Shown: positions 56,422-64,000 of the stretch, one piece after another
How the letters are laid out: the number at the start of each line of letters is the position of its first letter
Position numbering within the stretch: position 1 is the stretch's first letter
Source of the DNA: Candidatus Zixiibacteriota bacterium
GTDB taxonomy: Bacteria > Zixibacteria > MSB-5A5 > RBG-16-43-9
Length of the DNA: 64,000 nt
Assembly (NCBI GenBank): GCA_022865345.1
Contig: JALHSU010000194.1
Location: forward strand, 9,249 to 73,248
Direction of reading: 5' to 3'
Translations under genes and position numbers: made by a program
The notes under the pieces: generated by a model
What the model saw: only the letters and a program-made list of their open reading frames with translations
Told to the model about the DNA's origin: nothing
The model's database searches: none

Positions 56422-57403
56422 CTGCCTTTAAAAGATCGTGCAGGTGTAAAATCCCTACTGGCTCCTTATTCCCGTTGGGCACAATCAGGCAGGTTATGTT
56501 GAAAAATTCCATCCGGTTCAGGGCTTTAGCAGCCAATGCTTCTTCCTCTATGGTTTTGGGATTTCGGATCATTACTTCCCCGGCTTTCAATTTGAAGATC
56601 TCCTCAGTTCTCTCCACTAGCCTCCTTAGATCACCGTCAGTGAAGATACCCACTAACTCCTTTTTGTCATTGACCACAGTGGTCGCGCCAAACCTTTTGG
56701 AGGTCATTTCTAATATAACATCCTTCATACCCACATTTTCAAACACCATCGGGATACTGTTCCCAGTGTGCATGACATCCTTCACTTTCAAAAGCAGCCT
56801 TTTCCCCAAATAACCGCCTGGATGAAGCAGGGCAAAATCCTCTGCTGAAAAATGTCTCTCCTCTAAAAGGGCAATGGCTAAAGCATCCCCCATAACTAAA
56901 GCGGCTGTGGTGCTGGAAGTGGGGACTAAATTATTTGGGCAAGCCTCCTCGTCCACTGAGACGTCTATGACCACGTCGCTTTTCTCGGCGGTCTGAGAGC
57001 CGGGGCTGCCGGTTAAGCTGATTATGGGGACTCCTAATCTTTTGAATAAAGGGAAGAGCTGCTGCAGCTCTTCGGTCTCACCGCTTTTGGTGATGGCGAT
57101 AACCACGTCATCCCTTCGCACCAGGCCTAAATCTCCATGCAGACCTTCTACCGGATGTAAAAAGAAAGCCGCAGTTCCAGTTGAGGTCAGGGTGGCAGCG
57201 ATTTTCTTGCCGATTATCCCTGATTTCCCAATGCCGGTTACGATCACCCTGCCACGGCATTTGAGGATTATCTCCACTGCTTTCTGAAACTCGGAGTTTA
57301 TTTTCTTCTCTAAGTTCAAAATGGCTTCCGCCTCTTTGCGGATCACCTCTTTGGCTTTTTCGATTATCATTTTAGATACCTCAACGGATTTATTTTCTTG
57401 CAC
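56411..57403 (-). CDS. kdsD: arabinose-5-phosphate isomerase (SIS plus tandem CBS domains)
   Basis: SIS motif ...VTGIGKSGIIGKKIAATLTSTG..., followed by two CBS domains. Confidence 0.85.
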   Translation of the reverse strand: MQENKSVEVSKMIIEKAKEVIRKEAEAILNLEKKINSEFQKAVEIILKCRGRVIVTGIGKSGIIGKKIAATLTSTGTAAFFLHPVEGLHGDLGLVRRDDVVIAITKSGETEELQQLFPLFKRLGVPIISLTGSPGSQTAEKSDVVIDVSVDEEACPNNLVPTSSTTAALVMGDALAIALLEERHFSAEDFALLHPGGYLGKRLLLKVKDVMHTGNSIPMVFENVGMKDVILEMTSKRFGATTVVNDKKELVGIFTDGDLRRLVERTEEIFKLKAGEVMIRNPKTIEEEALAAKALNRMEFFNITCLIVPNGNKEPVGILHLHDLLKAGVV

Positions 57404-57861
57404 TCTAAGATCAAATCGACCACCTCTCTGACTGCCCCCTCCCCACCTCTTTTATTAGTTACGTAAAGAGCTAATCGATTGATCCTTTTATCTCCATTTT
57501 TAACTCCTACCGGGACCCCCACCTTTTCAAATACTCTATGGTCCCAAAGGTCATCCCCCATAAAAAGTATCTCCTCATCTTTCAATTTAAGCCTTTTTTT
57601 CAGCTCTTCGTATCTTTTCAATTTATCATCTATCCCGAAATGGAGCTCTTTCACTTTTAATTCTTTTCCTCTTATCACAGCAGACTTAGAGACTCTGCCT
57701 GAAAGAAAACCCACTTTTATCCCAACCCTCCTGGCAAAATATATTCCCAAGCCATCTGAGACATTGAACCTCTTGAATTCCTTACCGTCATTTCCCAGGT
57801 AGATCGAATTATCAGTCAAAACCCCATCCACATCCAGAAGTAAAAGCTTTATTTTCCTCAA
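57367..57861 (-). CDS. kdsC: 3-deoxy-D-manno-octulosonate 8-phosphate phosphatase
   Basis: HAD motif LLLDVDGVLTD and ...GDDLWD... 164 aa. Confidence 0.85.
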   Translation of the reverse strand: MRKIKLLLLDVDGVLTDNSIYLGNDGKEFKRFNVSDGLGIYFARRVGIKVGFLSGRVSKSAVIRGKELKVKELHFGIDDKLKRYEELKKRLKLKDEEILFMGDDLWDHRVFEKVGVPVGVKNGDKRINRLALYVTNKRGGEGAVREVVDLILECKKINPLRYLK

Positions 57862-57888
57862 TTTTTTATTCAGAGCCGAATTTATGAT

Positions 57889-58725
57889 TCAAGCCTCCTT
57901 GAGCCACGTTCTTCTATGTTCGTCTATCAGTTTCACCTGAAACAAAAGCTGCTCTAATCTATCCAAAGGAAGCATGCTCCCCTTATCGCAGAGCGCTTCC
58001 TCAACCCGCGGATGAGTCTCAATAAACAAAGCATCACAACCGCAGGCAACTGCAGCCCGGGCTAAAGGGAAGATAAACTGAGGCTCACCTGAGGAAAAAG
58101 TTTTTCCTCCACCTGGTAATTGCAGAGAATGAGTAGCATCAAAAACCACCGGATAACCAAGATTGCTCATAATCACCAGTGAACGAAAATCTACCACTAA
58201 GTCATGGTAGCCAAAGAAACTTCCCCTTTCTGTCAATAGAATCTGGTCATTTCCCACTGACTCAGCTTTTTTGGCAATCTGGTCCATATCCTCAGGCGCC
58301 ATAAACTGTCCCTTTTTGATGTTCAGGGCTTTTCCGGTTTTAGCCGCAGATAAGATCAGGTCTGTCTGCCTGCATAAAAACGCCGGTATCTGCAATACGT
58401 CTGCAACCTCAGAGACTGGGGAAGCCTCATCCGGGGAATGAATATCTGTCAAAATCGGGACATCCAGTTCTTTTTTTACCTTTTCCAAAATCCTTAAACC
58501 TTCTTTCATACCCGGTCCAGAATATGATTCTATGCTCAGGCGATTAGCTTTTTTGTAGGAGGATTTGAAGATGAATGGGAACTTCAGTTTATCGGTGACC
58601 TTTTTTATCTTCTGAGCTGTTTCCAGAACTAGAGTTTCAGACTCTATTACACAGGGACCGGCAATTAAGACTAAATGAGAGCCCTGACCTATAGGGATAT
58701 CTTTGATCTTTACGGTTTTTTTCAT
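57889..58725 (-). CDS. kdsA: 2-dehydro-3-deoxyphosphooctonate aldolase (KDO8P synthase)
   Basis: ...LVLIAGPCVIESE... and ...DATHSLQLPGG... are KdsA signatures. Confidence 0.9.
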   Translation of the reverse strand: MKKTVKIKDIPIGQGSHLVLIAGPCVIESETLVLETAQKIKKVTDKLKFPFIFKSSYKKANRLSIESYSGPGMKEGLRILEKVKKELDVPILTDIHSPDEASPVSEVADVLQIPAFLCRQTDLILSAAKTGKALNIKKGQFMAPEDMDQIAKKAESVGNDQILLTERGSFFGYHDLVVDFRSLVIMSNLGYPVVFDATHSLQLPGGGKTFSSGEPQFIFPLARAAVACGCDALFIETHPRVEEALCDKGSMLPLDRLEQLLFQVKLIDEHRRTWLKEA

Positions 58726-58740
58726 AATGCAAAGGTTTCC

Positions 58741-60408
58741 TCACATTTTGGTCAGAGGTTCTTTTTCCCCTACCATTTTCAAATCTCTGGAGTTTTTATA
58801 TCTTAAGGAAGCCTTCACGAAATCGCGGAAGAGCGGGTGTGCTTTCAAGGGTCTGGATTTCAGCTCCGGGTGGAACTGCACTCCAACAAACCAGGGATGG
58901 TCTTCGATCTCGATTATCTCCACCAGGCTTTTATCTGGCGAGGTCCCGGCTATTCTCATTCCGGCCTTGCATAAGACCTCTTTGAAACGGTTGTTGAACT
59001 CATACCGGTGCCGGTGTCTTTCGCTGATCTTCTCCTCTTCATACGCTTTGAAGGAAAAACTGCTTTTATCCAGATTACAGGGATAAGCCCCCAGTCGCAT
59101 AGTTGCCCCTTTGTCCACTACCTTCTCCTGCTCGGCAAGTAAGCTGATGACCGGATATTCAGTATGTCGGTCGAACTCGGTGCTGTTTGCACCTTTCATA
59201 TTGCAGACATTTCTGGCAAACTCGATCACCGCACACTGCATCCCCAGGCAGATTCCAAAAAACGGGATTTTATTTTCTCTGATAAACCTCACTGCCTCTA
59301 TTTTACCTTCTATTCCCCTTTCACCAAAACCGCCTGGAATCAAAACCCCATCTATATCCTTAAGATATTTTCCCGCACCATCTTTTTCCATATCCTCAGA
59401 GGAAATCCAGGAAAGTTCTACCCTAGCTTCATTTTCCTCCCCTGCATGAATGAAAGCTTCGATTATGCTTTTGTAGGAGTCCTTTAAATTGGTATATTTG
59501 CCGCAGATTCCTATCTTGACCTGATGTTTTGGATATTTGATCCTCTGCACCATCTTTTCCCACTTGGTCAGATCCGGCTTCTCGCAGGCTAAATCCAGAT
59601 GCCTGCACACTAAATCATCCAGACCCTGCTGGTGGAAAATCAAGGGTATCTCGTAGATCGATTCCACGTCAATGGCCTCGATCACCGCATGGCTGGGCAC
59701 GTTGCAGAAAAGCCCTATCTTGTCTTTTATCTGTTTAGACAAGGGCCTGGAGGTCCGGCATAAGAGGATATCCGGCTGGATCCCGATCTCCCTTAATTCC
59801 TTGACGCTGTGCTGGGTAGGCTTGGTCTTGACCTCTCCTGCGGACTCGACATAAGGGACCAGGGTCAGATGGATGTAAAGCGTGTTGCTGTGACCGTTTT
59901 CAAGACCCATCTGCCTGATCGACTCCAAAAAAGGAAGTCCTTCGATATCTCCGACTGTCCCTCCGATCTCGGTGATAACCACGTCCACGTCCCCGTTTTT
60001 CTCTGCTACTTTTCTTGCCCTTCTTTTAATCTCGTCTGTTATGTGCGGAACCACCTGAACTGTCGCCCCTAAGTAATCTCCTCTCCTTTCTCTGGAGATA
60101 ACCTCGCCATAAACCTGGCCTGTGGTGACGTTGCTGTCCTTGGTCAGGCTTTCATCCAAAAATCTTTCGTAATGGCCCAAATCTAAATCAGTCTCTGATC
60201 CGTCATCCAAGACGAAGACCTCTCCATGCTGAAAAGGATTCATCGTGCCCGGGTCGACATTCAGATACGGATCGAATTTCTGCAGGGTGACTTTAAGCCC
60301 TCTTTTTTTCAGAAGAAGACTCAAGGAGGAACAGGCAACCCCTTTACCCAGGGAGGAGACCACACCGCCAGTTATGAAGATATATTTTGGCATTTTCTTT
60401 TGAGTCAA
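58741..60408 (-). CDS. pyrG: CTP synthase
   Basis: N-terminal synthetase domain ([16 protein letters not shown]) and a C-terminal glutamine amidotransferase with GICLGMQ. Confidence 0.95.
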   Translation of the reverse strand: MTQKKMPKYIFITGGVVSSLGKGVACSSLSLLLKKRGLKVTLQKFDPYLNVDPGTMNPFQHGEVFVLDDGSETDLDLGHYERFLDESLTKDSNVTTGQVYGEVISRERRGDYLGATVQVVPHITDEIKRRARKVAEKNGDVDVVITEIGGTVGDIEGLPFLESIRQMGLENGHSNTLYIHLTLVPYVESAGEVKTKPTQHSVKELREIGIQPDILLCRTSRPLSKQIKDKIGLFCNVPSHAVIEAIDVESIYEIPLIFHQQGLDDLVCRHLDLACEKPDLTKWEKMVQRIKYPKHQVKIGICGKYTNLKDSYKSIIEAFIHAGEENEARVELSWISSEDMEKDGAGKYLKDIDGVLIPGGFGERGIEGKIEAVRFIRENKIPFFGICLGMQCAVIEFARNVCNMKGANSTEFDRHTEYPVISLLAEQEKVVDKGATMRLGAYPCNLDKSSFSFKAYEEEKISERHRHRYEFNNRFKEVLCKAGMRIAGTSPDKSLVEIIEIEDHPWFVGVQFHPELKSRPLKAHPLFRDFVKASLRYKNSRDLKMVGEKEPLTKM

Positions 60409-61190
60409 TTTAATTCCTCTTTATTAAATTTTCTTAAATCTGAAAGGGAATTTATGGATTTCGAATCATAATCTGTTAAAAGCACTTTAATCTTGTAGCC
60501 GTTCTCTAAAACCCTTAACTGCTCTAAGCTTTCAGTTTTCTCCAGGGGGGTCTGTTTCAGTTTAGCATATTTCGACAGAAACCCTTTTCTAAAAGCATAG
60601 ACCCCGATATGCTCATAATAGTTTATTCCTTTTTTCCCGTTTCCCCTTTGAAAAGGAATAGGGAACCTGGAAAAATAAATTGCATTCCCATCCTTGTCCA
60701 GAACCACTTTAACCCGGTCAGGATTTTTGAAAAAATCCGGGTCATTTACCTTTTTAGCCAAAGTCCCCATCTGAACGTCTTTATTCTTTTGCATAAAATT
60801 GATTAACTGATCCAGCATCTTGGGATTCATAAAAGCTTCATCGCACTGGATGTTCAAAACCAGATCGCAATTCAAACCTTTAACTGCCTCAGCCACCCTG
60901 TCGCTTCCAGTCTTAGGTTTACTCGACGTTAAAACCACTTTCCCACCGAAATCGTCCACGCTTTTTCTTATCCTCTGATCATCTGTTGCCACAATTACTT
61001 GATTTAAAAGTCTTGACCGAGAGGCGCTTTCATATACTCTCTGAATCAGAGGTTTTCCTTGAATGGGCAAAAGCGGTTTACCCGGCAAACGTGAGGAGTT
61101 ATACCTGGCTGGAATAACGCCCAATACTCTATCCTTCTTCATATCAAAACTTCTCTTTAAATTATCCTGATTAACGTCTCTAATACGCAA
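60405..61190 (-). CDS. kdsB: 3-deoxy-manno-octulosonate cytidylyltransferase
   Basis: ...[25 protein letters not shown]... is the CMP-KDO synthetase signature. Overlaps pyrG by 4 bp. Confidence 0.88.
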   Translation of the reverse strand: MRIRDVNQDNLKRSFDMKKDRVLGVIPARYNSSRLPGKPLLPIQGKPLIQRVYESASRSRLLNQVIVATDDQRIRKSVDDFGGKVVLTSSKPKTGSDRVAEAVKGLNCDLVLNIQCDEAFMNPKMLDQLINFMQKNKDVQMGTLAKKVNDPDFFKNPDRVKVVLDKDGNAIYFSRFPIPFQRGNGKKGINYYEHIGVYAFRKGFLSKYAKLKQTPLEKTESLEQLRVLENGYKIKVLLTDYDSKSINSLSDLRKFNKEELN

Positions 61191-61322
61191 CCCATTTTAC
61201 TAAAGTAAACACCCCTTGTCAACAAAAAAATACGGTTAGTTTTTTTCCGTATTTTTCTCCAAACGAACAAACGCCAAACTCCAAACTTTTTATCACCTTC
61301 AGGTTTCCACATGTTTTAAATA

Positions 61323-61350
61323 AATGGAAGGCTGAAGCCTTCCGCTACAT
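61323..61350. repeat. repeat family G, copy 3 (aaatggaaggctgaagccttccgctacat)
   Basis: Perfect hairpin ggaaggc-tgaa-gccttcc followed by gctacat. Confidence 0.5.
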
Positions 61351-61411
61351 AACATCAGCTGTCGGAAGGAAGTTCCTTACTCCATAACAAATATGTGGTA
61401 ATAAGTAAATA

Positions 61412-62464
61412 TTAATGGGTTTTTTCTCTGTTTTTTAAAAACTTAATTCTTGCTTTCTCTAAGATCTCTTCAATGGTCTGTTTTGGTTTCCTTCTTTCTT
61501 CATCAAAATATTTCAGGAGCTTTGGGTTCTGCTCAACCTTCTTTGCCTCATCAGTAGGTAAATAAGCAAGTGCCAATTTCATTACTTTTGAATAAAAGGG
61601 ACCCTTTCCAATAAAATAAGGGACCTTTTCCCATTTTCCATTTTTAAATTCCCAAGTATAACGAATTGAGCCCTCTACATCATCTGCTGGCTGAATTTCA
61701 TACTCACCAACGCTAAATAATAAAGATTTATTAAATTGTTTAAGGCTAACCTTTGACCAAGGATATAATATTGTAAGTGAATAATCTGGATTAATCAAAT
61801 ATGTATTAGGGGCATTTATCTCAAAGTCTCCAGTTAGATTAAAAATATTTACAGTTTGGTTACTTCCAAATGATTCATAATCTTTTATTTTATTCAAAAT
61901 AGACAAGCCACCTACATAATTTTCTGGCTCTTTGAAAAGTCTATCATCGTAATCAAAAATAAAATATTTTTCAATTTGGTATCTCTTTGATGTACTTGTA
62001 TGAGAGTATGCGACATTCCACTTTGAAATTATTCTTGGCTCATATTTCACCCTTAATTTTTCAAAAGCCAAAAGTTGATGCTTTACTTGTTCTAATTCAA
62101 TCTCATCATTTTTCTTTAGATCCCACATACGAGTGCGTGACCCGTTATATACAACGTAATTATAATGTGGAACATCTTCGCCTTCAAATACTTCATCATC
62201 ATGAATCATAAATATTTTCTCTTGGGCCCATATGTCTTTACAGTTTACTAAACCAATATTCTTTATAACAAATTTGTATTTATTCTCCCCTGCAAAATAT
62301 CTATAGAAACATTCGATCTCTGGCTTTAACTGTTCTTTATAATGATTTAACTGTGATTTATAATTACAATATTGAAAGATATTACCGATAACCGATACCA
62401 CTAGCGTGACTAGAGGGACATAGAGTAATAACTTTACCTTGTTCTTCTTATTTTCATCTTCCAT
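61412..62464 (-). CDS. hypothetical membrane-anchored protein (AT-rich ORFan)
   Basis: 350 aa with one N-terminal TM (LLLYVPLVTLVVSVIGNIF). GC is visibly lower than flanking kdsB and ridA. No family recognised. Confidence 0.5.
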   Translation of the reverse strand: MEDENKKNKVKLLLYVPLVTLVVSVIGNIFQYCNYKSQLNHYKEQLKPEIECFYRYFAGENKYKFVIKNIGLVNCKDIWAQEKIFMIHDDEVFEGEDVPHYNYVVYNGSRTRMWDLKKNDEIELEQVKHQLLAFEKLRVKYEPRIISKWNVAYSHTSTSKRYQIEKYFIFDYDDRLFKEPENYVGGLSILNKIKDYESFGSNQTVNIFNLTGDFEINAPNTYLINPDYSLTILYPWSKVSLKQFNKSLLFSVGEYEIQPADDVEGSIRYTWEFKNGKWEKVPYFIGKGPFYSKVMKLALAYLPTDEAKKVEQNPKLLKYFDEERRKPKQTIEEILEKARIKFLKNREKTH

Positions 62465-62622
62465 AAGACATTAAAAAAAGAGATTGTACTGAATTAACAA
62501 AATGATTATTTTTTACCTGCATCAAATTAAAGATATTGTCAAGAATTAAACAAGGAAAAAATTAAAGCATCTACACATTGAGTTTTCCGCAAAACTAAAA
62601 GCCTTGCCCTACGAATTTTATT

Positions 62623-63015
62623 TTAAATCACCGCCACTGCATCTATCTCTATTTTCGCGCCTTTGGGTAAATCTGCGGCGGCGATGGTGGTTCTGGTTGG
62701 TGGGTTTTGTTTGAAATAACCAGCATAGACCTCATTCATCAAAGAAAAATCCTTCATATCCTTCAGATAAACCGTGGTCTTAATAACTTTAGTCAAATCT
62801 GAGCCAGCACCTTCTAAAACCGCTTTGAGATTTTCTAAAACCTGTTTGGTCTCCTGTTTTATATCCCCTGAGACCATCTCTCCGGTTTTGGGGTCTAAAG
62901 GTATCTGCCCGGAGGTGAAGACAAGACCTAAATTTTCAAGCTTTATCCCCTGGCTATAAGGACCGATAGCTTTGGGTGCTTTTTCAGACTGGATTATTTT
63001 TACTGGACTAGACAT
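62623..63015 (-). CDS. ridA: RidA/YjgF-family reactive-intermediate deaminase
   Basis: ...[30 protein letters not shown]... and ...[11 protein letters not shown]... Start taken at ATG 63015, preceded by SD AAGGAG (the track ORF starts 20 codons earlier). Confidence 0.85.
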   Translation of the reverse strand: MSSPVKIIQSEKAPKAIGPYSQGIKLENLGLVFTSGQIPLDPKTGEMVSGDIKQETKQVLENLKAVLEGAGSDLTKVIKTTVYLKDMKDFSLMNEVYAGYFKQNPPTRTTIAAADLPKGAKIEIDAVAVI

Positions 63016-63075
63016 TTTTTCTCCTTTTGTTTGGTTGTGTTTCGTCAATAAAATAAATTCGGACTTAGCTGTCAA

Positions 63076-63491
63076 TCTTTATTCCCTCCTTTGGGGCAAG
63101 GCGAAAATCCCAATCTTTTGTAGGGACAGGGCTTGTCCCTGTCCGACTTCAATACCGATAAACTCCACCCACTCCTCACAGGGCGGAGTTAAACTCCGCC
63201 CCTACGCGGACTTGATTTCATAACCTCTGACAGAAACGTCGGACGCTACGGAATCTTTCCCCTCCCTTGATGGGAGGGGACAGGGGAGGGTGACCCCCTC
63301 TCCCTAACCCTCTCCCACCAGGGGAGAGGGGATTTTTATGCATCGTCACGGACGATGCACTCCATATCAATTATGAACAGACAGGATGCCTGTTCACCTA
63401 CATCTGATAAAAAAACTTCGGGGCTGGGAGAGAAAATTCCCAGCCCCGGGAGGGGAGCTGATGGGCAAAAGAGTTTCAGTCTTTATATCTA
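63076..63491. repeat. ~415-bp non-coding array of at least seven distinct GC-rich perfect hairpins
   Basis: ggacaggg/ccctgtcc; gggcggagtt/aactccgccc; cccctccc/gggagggg; ccctctcc.../ggggagaggg; tgcatcgtc/gacgatgca; gaacag/ctgttc (family H relative); ggggctggga/tcccagcccc. No ORF of 60 aa or more. Confidence 0.65.
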
Positions 63492-64000
63492 TTAGGGCGA
63501 ACCGTAACTTTTCACCATAAACAGAATGCTCTGCAAGGCACCGCTGATATTGGATAGAATCTTGGAATATCTTTTCAAAAGCTCGCTGTACTGCCAGCGA
63601 ATGGAGAAAGCTTTTTCCGGGAACTCGAAAAGGTCTAAAAGGGTTTTCTTGTAGATCTCATCCGCATATTTCAGAACAAAATAAGGATACTCGGAGATAT
63701 TCGGATCCTGGATCTCATTTCTAGATAATCTCTCTTTGTATATCTCAATTTTCTCCAGAATAACCGTGCCGAAACACCAGGGAGACATTATCACTCTTAA
63801 ATCCGAAGAATCCCCATAATAGGAGTAGAGATATCTCAACACCTGGTCAACCAGTAATTTCTTTGCCCGGTAGTAGGACAGACACTCGGTTTTTTTCGAA
63901 TCACACTGGATAATCTTTTTCTCTAAATCTTTTTTCTCCTCCAGGCACCTGGCTTCTGCCCTTTCTAAAAAAAGGTAATAATCCTCAAAATAGACCTTGA
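63492..64000 (-). CDS. hypothetical protein (partial; N-terminus beyond the window end)
   Basis: The track ORF 63492..63842 starts at a TTG. The same frame stays open upstream to position 64000 (...KVYFEDYYLFLERAEARCLEEKKDLEKK...), so the gene continues off the window. Confidence 0.5.
   Translation of the reverse strand, partial: KVYFEDYYLFLERAEARCLEEKKDLEKKIIQCDSKKTECLSYYRAKKLLVDQVLRYLYSYYGDSSDLRVIMSPWCFGTVILEKIEIYKERLSRNEIQDPNISEYPYFVLKYADEIYKKTLLDLFEFPEKAFSIRWQYSELLKRYSKILSNISGALQSILFMVKSYGSP

Overview
The window looks like chromosomal DNA from an AT-rich diderm (LPS-producing) bacterium, probably an uncultivated lineage. Almost everything is coded on the minus strand in tight, often 4-bp-overlapping arrays of housekeeping genes. 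From left to right these are pdxJ, two paralogous lipoproteins, a 599-aa OM protein, ksgA, tatD, metG, ricT-holB, envC-ftsX-ftsE, pdxA, rho, rsfS, panD-panC-[MNT/HepT remnant]-panB, dNK-folK-folB, comB, gcvT, a Ser/Thr kinase with TPR repeats, uvrA, hemW, lepB-lepA, suhB, a ~1035-aa dockerin/beta-helix secreted protein, a GH57 glucanotransferase, mlaD, hprK-hpf-rpoN-lptB-lptC, lpxL, and kdsD-kdsC-kdsA-pyrG-kdsB, followed by ridA. Only four genes are on the plus strand: a 14.2 kb membrane-protein islet gene, a FadL-like OMP, an esterase-like lipoprotein and a Mut7-C nuclease. I recognised no rRNA, tRNA, CRISPR array, transposase or integrase. The unusual content is mostly non-coding: the intergenic spaces are packed with several families of small nested-palindromic repeats. 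These include Correia-like elements of about 90-110 bp, a TIR family tgtagttgc...gcaactaca, short hairpin families showing compensatory base changes, and GC-rich hairpin arrays. Two copies of a larger ~250-300 bp composite module carry a conserved sigma70-like promoter, a palindromic leader element, a terminator hairpin and GTAGACAG heptamer repeats. Other points are an AT-rich ~1.2 kb islet inserted at the 3' end of rho and flanked by a ~105-bp duplicated rho 3' end, a decayed MNT/HepT toxin-antitoxin pair inside the pan operon, an in-frame TGA in the signal peptide of the dockerin protein, and an AT-rich ORFan between kdsB and ridA. All product calls are from reading the translations against family motifs I know; no searches were run.
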